A DNA stretch of 61,645 bases, the filler included, from Choristocarpus tenellus KU-1152 (lineage: Eukaryota > Protista > Phaeophyceae): the NCBI GenBank assembly GCA_964200185.2. It is 10 parts of 10 records of this genome, joined end to end, with 100 filler letters (N's around TTAATTAATTAA, not from the genome) between each part and the next. Parts side by side here need not be neighbours in the genome. Positions count along the whole stretch, not along the records: positions 48,927 to 54,009 come from CAXNAD020011933.1; positions 54,110 to 61,645 come from CAXNAD020005993.1; 8 more parts are not named here. One strand, given 5' to 3'. A model generated the notes under the pieces. It did not search any database. It saw only the letters and a list, made by a program, of their open reading frames with translations, and had not been told where the DNA came from. How positions within the stretch are numbered: position 1 is the first letter of the stretch; each line of letters starts with the position of its first letter. The position numbers and the translations under genes were made by a program. Positions 51,671 through 61,645 of this stretch are shown here, piece after piece.

Positions 51671-54600
51671 TTTGGGCCTCCAACCGACTGCCTGTGAAGG
51701 TAGGGGGGGATATGTTACGGCAACGATGTCAGCACAAACGAGAAGGATATCGACGCTGGGGCGGATCCTATGGTTAGGCGATGACAGCAAGGGTGCTGTT
51801 GAATAAACAGTGCTAGAGTATGTGATCAATGATGACTGGATCTGTAGGGAGTGCAAGGTGTGTGTCCATGCGTGGGCTAGGCAAACGTGATATGATAAGG
51901 GCAAAGCGCTGTAGTCATCATGAGGATGGCGTAGCACTTTCCGTGGAGATTGCCATTTGTGAACATGCAGCGAACGGTAAACTGCCGATATGGAAAGAAT
52001 ATTGAATATGAGAACGCACCAATACCGTAACCAGGTGAAAAGGATTTTAGGCGCCGACCCAGGTTAGATGTCGGGAGGGCAACCATGCATGCACAGGTTT
52101 GTGTTTGACGTAGGGCAGACAGTAATGAAGAAATTTGATGCGTCGTGTTGGACGGTAAAGGCCATTAATTTCCAAAGCACGGCAAGACAGTTGGGGGTGA
52201 TGTGTAACAATTTGGAACAAGAACCCTAAACAGAAAAACATTACGTCGAACAGCAAAAGTGAAAGCATGAATGCACCAGTTTAAAACGAATATGGCAAAT
52301 TTGGAATGTACTTTGAAGTAGAATTTGGTAAGTTCTGTCGGTTGGCAGAAGCCACCAAATTCTAAAGTGAGATTACCGCAATTTTTTGGATCAAGCAACG
52401 CGCTCATGTTGATACCAACGTGCGAGTTAAATCGAGATTGCGTTGCGACGCGATACAAACTTAATCGGAAACATTCCAATAGTATCGGAGCCCTAACACG
52501 TGCGTATATGGTGTCACCACGTTACATTCAACAGAGATGTTTTGGTGCGTGGAATTGGATCGTGAAATCTTAGTTCTATTTCGAACCAGTTGTCTGATTA
52601 CTCTCAACATATGTCACTGCAACCTGCATTCCAATTTCGAATAAAGATTTGTAACTCGTACTACCTCTTTAATGGTGGAGGGGTAGGCAAAGAACAAGGC
52701 GAAGTAGGAGGAGAAACAACGGGAAGAGGGAGGGGTTAGAATTAGGAGGCAAAGGATGAGGTAGAGGTTGGTGAAAAGGGAGTAAGCGGGGGAGGATATA
52801 GAGGAGGAGGAAAAGGCTGAGAAAAAGATGGAAGGAAAGGAGTACGTGCGGTTTGTCCTACTTGGGCTGATTCTCTTAGCCCATATAGATCAGGAAGACA
52901 AGTAGGGCTTATAACATTGCGTTAAGAAGATGCGTATAGGACTATAGGACATGAACTGCGACATAATTTCCCACCCTGCGCTGGGTTGTACCGATCGACA
53001 GAGCACAGCGAAAGTATGAATAAATCTGTTCGACGAGCATATTTGCAAAATGTAAAACTCGAGAACCCTGCGTCAGTGTACATTGTGAAGCTGTTCAACG
53101 ATGGTGTAAGATCCCTGAGAGTTGAGGCGTTGTGTTTGGTGTAGGGAACGTTGTTTGATGTTCACGTATGGCCGTGTTGTACAATGATGTAATTGCTTGC
53201 CTGCGTGTTCGCCACCGATGTTCAAGGTAATGCCCTCTGAGTATTTGACGATGTCCAGGTAGACTGTACCCTCCTCCACATCCTCCCACAACATGAGATT
53301 CATTCTCACATGTGGAGTTTATGGGGTTAAATTAATTTGCGCGATCAGGGAGTTTATTTTGAGGTGACTTGTTACGAACTCAAATACGGTGGACAGATGA
53401 GCGGATGAACCTGACACTCCCTTGAGTACCTCTTCGCTCAGGATGTATTGCTTCTTTGAACCAGGCTCTTCTGAAGACCCGGCTGAGGACTCATTGGCTT
53501 CCGGGTCGATTCCGAGCTCGTCTTTCCTCTTGGGGTCATTCATGATAAGCACGGCAACCTCCAGGACAGCCTTTTTGATAAGGACATCTTGGTGTGGATT
53601 CTTCTCAAGTATGCCAAAATTGGGTCTTCCACGGCTGTGATGCCCGTTCTTCCTCGGCCTGGGCATCGCAGCCCTGAAAGATTAAAATGGCATACCTAAG
53701 AAGAATGCACACAAAGAATGTCATCATCAAAAAGGCCGTCCTGGAGGTCACCGTGCAGGTCATGAACGACCTTATGTTCTTCTTCTCCTTTCCTCGCATC
53801 CTCTTCTTCTTTCCTTGGTCGGGGTCGGCCGGAGGTCATTTGTTCCGGATGTCCCTTAGAGAGGTCGAGAACTGTCATGGAGGAGCGCATGGATAGTGGA
53901 ATGGTAAATCACATGTATGACATGGGTGTCTGCCTCGCGAGGCACGAACTTGGTGGTAAATATTATGGCTGTTGCAGGCTCAGGAGGGGGGTATTGTTCG
54001 ATTAGACTCNNNNNNNNNNNNNNNNNNNNNNNNNNNNNNNNNNNNNNNNNNNNTTAATTAATTAANNNNNNNNNNNNNNNNNNNNNNNNNNNNNNNNNNN
54101 NNNNNNNNNATCTCGCCAGGTTTATCACCTTTAAGTTCTTTGATGATTTTGGGGATACTTTAACAGTTGAAAGGCTGCTATTATAATAAACGTAGGAGTT
54201 CTTTTCATGCTTGATGTTTGATTGACACAAACAAGGCAGGGGGACATGAAAAACCCAATGTGTAGTCCGAAATGTCGTGAGAATAATATGCCACATGTGT
54301 CGGATCATTATTTGCCGTGCGTGCCGTCAACGGAGTACTTTAATGTATTCTCAAGTAGTAATAGATTTTATATTGTTCCTATAACCATATTTCGAATTTA
54401 AAATACCGCTTTTTTTGGACTGTCCGTGTACATACTTCCCCGTTGCTGTGTTAAAGAGTCGGTAGTGGCACAACCTTACTTAGCTAATCACCTGTCACCT
54501 AGAATATCTGTTTTATACATTTATTTTCATGGTGTGATGAGAAACTCCTTCTATTTTAACCAGGATGAGATCATGACATGGCATATATATGAAACATTTC

Positions 54601-55170
54601 GTGTTGTGGTGAAGGCACCGTTTGCTGCAATCTGTTAAATGCATGAATCATGTACATGTTTTGTATGAAGTGATTATTCTACAAATACATCATGATACTT
54701 ATCGTTGCTCTTTCCTCCCTCATACATTCGAACCTATACTGAGTAGTACATATTCTCAGTAGTGTAATACTGTTTTGGAGCTCTAGTACTCGCCATTGAC
54801 CCCTAACATAATTCATCTACTCGATCTACTACTACTACTATCTGTGTATATTGCTAAACAACGGCGACTCTTAATCTTTTTGGGCCCTCTCACGTACGCA
54901 TCGTCTAAAACCAAGTAATTCCTACCCGTTCGTCTGTTTGTCTGTCTGAACGTTACCCGTACAGACTCTCGTCTTCGCGCGTAGGCTCGCGCTCGCGCAT
55001 ATACCAAAAATTCTTTAAAAAAATATATATTCAGCACGTCCTCTTTCGGTCCCTCTCACGTACGTACCATAAAAACCGAGAAATTCCTGGCCCTACAACA
55101 ACCAACCAACCAGCTCTATAGACGTGCCTCTTTTCCTTTTTTCCCAGTTCGTTGGAGTTTGAGTCCCGTT

Positions 55171-55331
55171 AACAGCCGATTTCAAAAATTGAGGATGGAG
55201 CTTTTCATTGAGGACGGGCTTGACCCAAAATTGACTGGGATAAAGTGTCGGTATGTTTTTTTTTGTATTGAGAAGTTTTGTAACCCATCCCCAATGAAAA
55301 GCTCCATCCTCAATTTTTGAAATCAGCTGTT
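55171..55331. mobile_element. MITE family E (161 bp, ~48-bp TIRs), superfamily unresolved
   Basis: AACAGCCGATTTCAAAAATTGAGGATGGAGCTTTTCATTG ... CAATGAAAAGCTCCATCCTCAATTTTTGAAATCAGCTGTT; second partial copy at 22390. Confidence 0.85.
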
Positions 55332-56275
55332 CATTCTAGATCTCTACATTCTACACCTTACCATGCTACTCTACATTGTTTCCAGTACCAGGGTCTTGGT
55401 GCCGTGCATAGACTTATCCACGCCCTCGCGCATCTTGTTTCAAGATTCAAAATCCTAGAAAATGGTATCATCACCAGCACTAGCTCTATATAACTGCCTT
55501 CTCAACTATCACAAATATACTGTGCAAAACCAAGTAGTTCCTTTGACTTCATATCTGTCTGTTTTTCTGTCTGATTGTACGTCCCATCACCAGGTCTGAT
55601 TTGTCTCTTTGTGTTGTTTGGAGTTTAAGTCATATTGTATATACGACTCAAGTTCAAAAAATAAACTGGAGATGGGCAGGTCACAGATCTCCTTGAGGTA
55701 AAACAAAACGAAACATAACAAAAAATCCTCTACTTCCAAGGTGACGCTTCAATTCTCTAGTAGATATATGCTGGAGTCAGATCATAACAAACAGGTAGGG
55801 TCACCCTCCCTTCTCATACAAGCAACGTATGTGTATGGAGTGAGAAAGGGTGAGGAAGGGATGTACTATACTGCTACTGCTGCTATATCAAGTATACATC
55901 GCATAGTTCGCATGTGGGTCAGATTTCGACGTGTAACACCTCCACTTCAACATAAGCCCGCTTGCACGCAACGACACAAGGAGTTGTGCCACTCTTCCTT
56001 ATCTCTTCCCTATCCGACGTGCAACCCCTCAGGGTTCCAGTCCCCCCCAAGGGGGCTATTTATAGTCTCTATAGTAGGTACAAGGGTTGGTTATTGCTTC
56101 GAAGTAAATAACATCTGAGCTCAGGTGAAGAATCTCAAATGAGTATAACGTAAACTGCTGAAAATGTCGAAGGCACTACTAGCACAATACGTGTTCTGTG
56201 GTCTGGAGGAAAATAACACACTTCGAAGGTCTTCGAACTGTTTCGAAATTTAGAAGACTACGATCAATAAAATAT

Positions 56276-56796
56276 TAGTCAAAGCATTTAAGAGGGTAGG
56301 AGTTTTGACCTCTTCGTCCGTTTGGGGCTTGGCTTCCCACGGGTTTCTTACGCTCTTTTTCGGTTTTCTGTGTGAAAACATTTACCTAAAATGCGTACGA
56401 ATATCAAAGGTGTACCCAGAGCAAGGATATTGACACTTGCTAACATACATGATAGCCAAAATTCATCAAAATCACAATATTGAATTTATGACTATGAATG
56501 GACGAGAAGAGTGAAATTATCTTAGAGGGTACGAGTTTTGCCCTGTTTGTCCATTTGGGGCTTGACTTCCCTCGTTTTTTTTAATGACATTTTCCTAATC
56601 TAAAATATTTCGGAGTTGGTAAAATGTATACGCTATGAAAAGGTGTGTCCGAAACAAGGATATTGACACTTCCTAACAAACACGATAGCCAAAATTACAT
56701 CAAAATCGCAACATTGGATTTTGGATTACAAATGGACGGGGCCTTACCCTCTAAGATACTTTGGCTCAGAAGCTGCCCTCTGAAATACTTTGGGTC
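56276..56796 (+). mobile_element. MITE family B interrupted by a nested family A copy
   Basis: TAGTCAAAGCATTTAAGAGGGTAGG at the left; resumes GCTGCCCTCTGAAATACTTTGGGTC after the insert. Confidence 0.82.
56509..56767 (+). mobile_element. MITE family A nested in family B
   Basis: Both TIRs present; perfect 4-bp TSD AGAA. Confidence 0.9.
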
Positions 56797-58299
56797 AACA
56801 GATACACATAGTTGGAGTATGCGAACATCTTAATACGTATTCAATTGATTCCACTGGTACTGTTGTTTTTTGGGCAGACAACAACGGTTTCTCCTCTTTA
56901 TGAACATTATATTATTGCAAATAAAGCACCGTTGCCAGCAGTAGTGGAAGTACTTGATATTATTGCTGTTCCTGCTGAATATTTATTGCGTCCATATTTG
57001 TCAACAGGGGCAGCGCACTCTACCGTGAGTGTTGAGCAGGCCCGACTGGAGTTTTACCTGACTGAGAAGCAGGGGCGAGCAATTGCTATGGTGGAGGTAG
57101 CTTGACGCGCCAGCATCCAACTTTACTATTTGATCTGTTGTAACTGTTATTGCAGTAATGTAGAAGAAAAGAACTCGTGGATGGATATTCTTTCATAGAG
57201 TTGGAGGGATATGTTGGGAGATGAACATGAAAAAGAAATGGTTAGCAGTGTGTATAGTATGTCAAGGTGATACGTTTTTGTGAGGAAAAAAGGATGGACG
57301 GGAATAGATTGGCAAACGCGCATGTGGTATATGTAGTACTTCCTCAGTTCGGGATTAAATGTAACATAACTTGTGTGGCGAAGGGGAATCATGTGAGGGT
57401 CATTGCCTGTTGAACCTGAAATTGAATGAATCGTGCTTTTTCGTATAGTGACAGGTTTGAAACGAAGGGATGTCATAGTGCAGTAAAGCATCGGTGAATT
57501 TGTTCTGATGAACCTAGTGACATCCTGTTGCACAGTCAGAGGTTGTTTCATGTGAAATTGAAAGTATTCCACGAGACATTCTAAGGAAGGAATGCATGCT
57601 CTGAGTAGAGACTTGTCACCTTGAAGGGTTTCTGAGGACGTTTTAACTCTGAATGTATTGCATCTAGGTGTGTATCAGATACACTTAACGCAGAGTGAGG
57701 TTGATGTCTTAGGTAGGGGCAACGCTAACCAGGGAAAAAGACTAATCGATATAATATGATATACAAATGGAGACTCTGATAGGAAGGAGAAAAGAAACAA
57801 AGAAACAAACTTGAATAATATCTGTGATAACTCATATGCCACATACTATGCCTGTATGTTTGATAGGTAGCAACTGTTCTATGCTTCCTATGTATCATGT
57901 TCTAACAATAATTGATGCTGTAAGTAAGGAGGTGCCAATATTGTAAATGGAAATAACGACCAGTACTGATGTGCAAATCAACAGTCAGTATGAACTGGTG
58001 ATACTGCTAGGTATCTATATAAAAATATGAGTAGCCTGTGTTTTAACATTTAGTCCCAGTGAAGAAGCAAACTTTTTTCACATGTTGATATTTTATTAGC
58101 TTATTGTGCAGACACTAAAGGTTACCCGCCAAAATCTCAAACAAATTGTCGCAACCTACACCTATCTATGATTCCGCCCCCAAAGTCCTCCAAAAATCCA
58201 TTCCAGCATGGTATTTCACTGCATCCACTGGGGCATTCAGGGAGAGCTTGCTCGCTTTCCCACCCTTTTCCTTGCCAAGTTGGAGAATTTTGAAGATTT

Positions 58300-59759
58300 T
58301 TTCACCCTTGGACCCCAGCACTTCATCATATACTGCTAAGAGACTCTAGCAGGTGGGTTATAGTGTCTCCTGGGGATACACATCAAATGCCTTCATTGTG
58401 GCCTCCACAAGCTCCTTTGTCTTGATCACCCCCAAGTGTTCCTTCAGTTGCTGGGTGGAATAGAAGAAACTCAGGTTGTTGACGTTGAGGTCAGGTGAGT
58501 TGACTGGCTGGGTCTCTATGACAATGTTGTCCCCCACCACCTCGCGATTGCCTCCATGATCCATCCCTAATGTAGCGTTGACCCGTCTGCACGAAGATGG
58601 TATGTCCTCCTGACCTAGGCATGTGGGGCTTGATTGCTGGGATGACATCCTCGATCATGATATTCTTATACCTCTCCCCGTCCACCATGGCTGGCATAAG
58701 CACCTTGGTGCCCTTGGATCAGTGTTTACTGGAGTGCTGAGTGATGTTGGTGCTTACGATTGGCCAGATCCCGATTTTCCCATCGAACCATACCCCGTTG
58801 GAGAGCTTCCTAGGTCGGCTCACAGCGGCAAGAAGAAGCACCGTCGTATTGTGAAGTTTACTTTTTGCCCATGAGGCCTTGGGGGGGCTTCCTCCGTGGG
58901 TTACAGGTACACGCCTTGCGCACATTTGAGGCTGTAAAACCACTTCTTGTCCACATGCACCTAGCCGTACAGATCATCCACCAATACCCCACTTTCCCCC
59001 CTCCTGTGGGTGAAGCTGATGACGAAACCCACCCCGTTGACTTTCTGCTGGTCTGAGAGGGCTGGCTAAATCCACCGCTTGACCTTCTTCACCTTCTTAC
59101 GCTTCCACAGATCCCACACGAGGCAAGGGGGACCCCAGCTTTGGCCACCCATCTGCGGAAAAATGTGCGGTGTACCTATGGGACATCCCAAACATCAAAG
59201 TTGTATGGCGGCTACATCGCCCCTTGTGACATTGTACAAGGTCTACACATTCACTCGGTGCGATTTGGCTGCCATACTCCTTCATATGACAGAGCATGGT
59301 GGTTCAGGAAATTCCGAAGTCCGATGACCACTGCTGTCCCTTAAGGCATCCGAGTCTCACCCCCTCTCACCTCCAGGCATTTCGCCATTGCACTGTTCTT
59401 CTTCAGGGTGTTTGAGTCCTGACCCCAGGCACACATCTGGGGTGAAGAATTGTGACCGATGGGCGACTATGGGATAAGCTAGTCGCTTGAACAACGGGGG
59501 ATCTTTCTTATCCTGATAAACACCCGCTTTGACAGTTTCACTAGGTTTTTGAACCCCGTCAAATGCGACTTAGTCAACTTTGCACTGGTGATCTTCCACA
59601 GTCAAGACAGCCCACAACCTCAAATTTTGTGCAAGTCTCCCAATCTACATGAGAATTAAGCCTCATCCAGAGGGTTTATCACTCGAAATAGATAACAGTT
59701 AGTGACTTCTAACAGTCACTTTCTTTGAAGTATGTCGAAAAACTTATATTGGATGAGAG
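58300..59759 (-). mobile_element. Tc1/mariner DD39D (plant-mariner-type) transposase pseudogene with probable 5' TIR
   Basis: VHVDKKWFY, LLAAVSRPR..FDGKIGIWPIV, VIPAIK..IFVQ, QPVNSPDLNVNNLSFF; TA|CTCTCATCCAATATAAGT (Stowaway-like) at 59759 on the minus strand; other TIR not found. Confidence 0.85.
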
Positions 59760-61187
59760 TATACCTTCATCTGCTGTAAGCTTTGGAGTGTGTTGTAACA
59801 TTTCTACCTAGCACTGCAAAACTTCCATCACCTGTACTAATAGGGAGCCGAAGTACACAAGAGGTACCCTGGACGATTTGCATTTTAGGTTTGTTTTTCG
59901 ATTTTCTCCAATTCACCCGTACTCCTATGGATGAAGTTCTATGTTTGACTTGAAACATCCTGTACACATTTGTAAAAAAAGACTACTTTTCCACATATTT
60001 GTCAGCATCCTTATAATGCACCTCTGGGTACCTCTCAATTAATTTGGCTTAGGACTACTGGTCTACGCATGCTTCCTAAACCCATCGACTCTAAATCCTA
60101 ATAATGTGTCCAGGTACTCATCCTTAGCGACAGACTATAATGCATCTCTATTCAAACAAGCACTCACCTCACAGGTCCAAATACCCTATCTCCAGCACCA
60201 GCACACGTATTCCCTTTAACCACTTCGTAATGTATCTATAGCACACTTCATCATAGACCGGTATGTTCCACCTGGACCAATTGCCAACCATCTTTGAAAA
60301 CTATCCAAACAACCTACAGTATTAGTCATGTTCTATCCTACCCTAACAAGTCAACTCATCCAGGGGAAGTTGTTCACCCTTTTAAAAATATTTTGAGGAC
60401 TCACAACAAATGACATGGTCTCTAGACCCCCCTACCAATCATTGATCCTTACCATTTCAACCCCATAGGTTGGTTTATTCAACTGAACCGAAGGTTCCCC
60501 TTCAAAATATCCAAAACCTCTCTCTGGTTGAATACAAGGGTATCATACTAATGTTCATGTCAAGACTTCCAAGTGACCTCTCACATGATTGCAAACTATG
60601 TTAAACTCTAAGGGCACCCACATGCCTGTGCATCTCAAGACCTTTAGATGAGGTATCATTTCATCATGGTGTGTTCGCATTTGATCGCCACTCCCCCCAC
60701 AGCCACAACACAGTTCAAGCAGTCACATTCCATGTATTTCCATACATACTCTGTTGTACAAGGAAGCCCCAACGCGCACTTGACACTGGGGCTTGTCAGC
60801 CCCTTAGTTTTATGCAGATGTGAGTTGTACTTACCTTCAGAATCAAGAAGCCAGGGGGACCAATGATATGCTCTTAGGCAAATGTGACAAAGATATCCAC
60901 GACACAACATCCTGAATTGCGCAAGAGACTTCCCCACTTCTGACTGGGAAACATGTCGTGTTTGATGTTTAATGGTGGTCCAACAACAACTCGATCCTCA
61001 CATCATCTTACTACTCTTCATATTAGTCTGAAGGCTCCCAAACCTGCGGTTGAAAGGTAGTCAGAGGAAAAGCAACACACAAGGCCTCGGAAAATATTAC
61101 ACAAACTACTGTAGAAGAAAGATATCCATGAAAAAGAAAACGAGAAAATACTCAAATTGCTAAGAAGTGCACCCAAGAGGAAATCCA

Positions 61188-61446
61188 GAGCCAAAGTATC
61201 TTAGAGGGTAGAGCCGCGTCCATTTGGGGGCCAAAATCCAATGTTGCGATTTTGATGTAACTTTGGCTATTGTGTTTGTGATGAAGTGTCAATATCCATG
61301 TTCTGGACACACCTTTTAATAACATACATACTTTACCTACTCCTAAACATTTCGAAGTAGGAAAGTGTCTTAAAAGAACCCATGGGAAGCCAAGCCCCAA
61401 ATGGACAAACAGGCCAAAACCCGTACCCTCTAAGATACTTCCACTC
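61188..61446 (-). mobile_element. MITE family A, reverse orientation
   Basis: Both TIRs present; no TSD recognisable (CCA / GTT). Confidence 0.9.
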
Positions 61447-61571
61447 GTTCTTATTGCTTCCAAGAGAACAGTGCCCCACACAAATGAATCCACGCTGTCC
61501 GTGTACAAATGTCACATATCCCCTTACATCCTCTCTAACCGAAATAAATTCCTCCCATTACATCCAGTCCT

Positions 61572-61645
61572 GGGTCAAAGTATCTGGGGGGGGGGGTGTC
61601 AGCATCCGTTTTCCACCCTTTTTTCGATTTTCCCTTTTTTGGTGT
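61572..61645 (-). mobile_element. Terminus of the long-element type seen at 48949, cut by window end
   Basis: GGGTCAAAGTATCTG(n)TGTCAGCATCCGTTTTCCACCCTTTTTTC..TTTTTGGTGT aligns with 48949-49020. Confidence 0.8.

Larger units (their letters stand above)
48949..54009 (-). mobile_element. End region of a putative large Sola2-like element: terminus, subterminal repeats and decayed minus-strand cargo gene(s)
   Basis: Starts GGGACAAAGTATCTG(n)TGTCGGCGTCCGTTT (same end as 61572), then ~128-bp periodic repeats and exon-like frames; inner extent is inferred. Confidence 0.5.

Noticed and set aside
56800-57600. ORFs 56812-57105 and 57147-57572 as genes or gag
   Set aside because: Only faint gag-like resemblance on the minus strand and no diagnostic motif.

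Overview
This is eukaryotic, intron-rich, repeat-dense DNA, most likely from a stramenopile or brown alga (inferred from GT-AG gene style, interstitial TTAGGG and TE content). The window is 10 separate contigs joined by artificial 100-bp N44-TTAATTAATTAA-N44 spacers, so adjacency across spacers is not evidence. Host genes: an intronless tandem cytochrome-b5/MAPR gene, the 3' part of a ULK4/RUNKEL-like gene, a multi-EH-domain (Eps15-like) gene, an ankyrin exon and coiled-coil exons. TE relics: Ty1/copia, a DD39D plant-type mariner, a cluster of CRE-like RLE 3' ends and probable LINE fragments. The dominant signal is a DNA-transposon system: a spliced, decayed Sola2-like transposase, more than 25 MITE or terminus copies in 3-4 related families, and an apparent large element carrying cargo genes. 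Two features of the ends stand out. They are bipartite and asymmetric: a GTCCRTTT box lies about 31 bp from one end and about 41 bp from the other. Their 4-bp TSDs appear to collapse to 3 bp when the target base matches the terminal G. All family assignments are motif recognition by eye; no searches were run.
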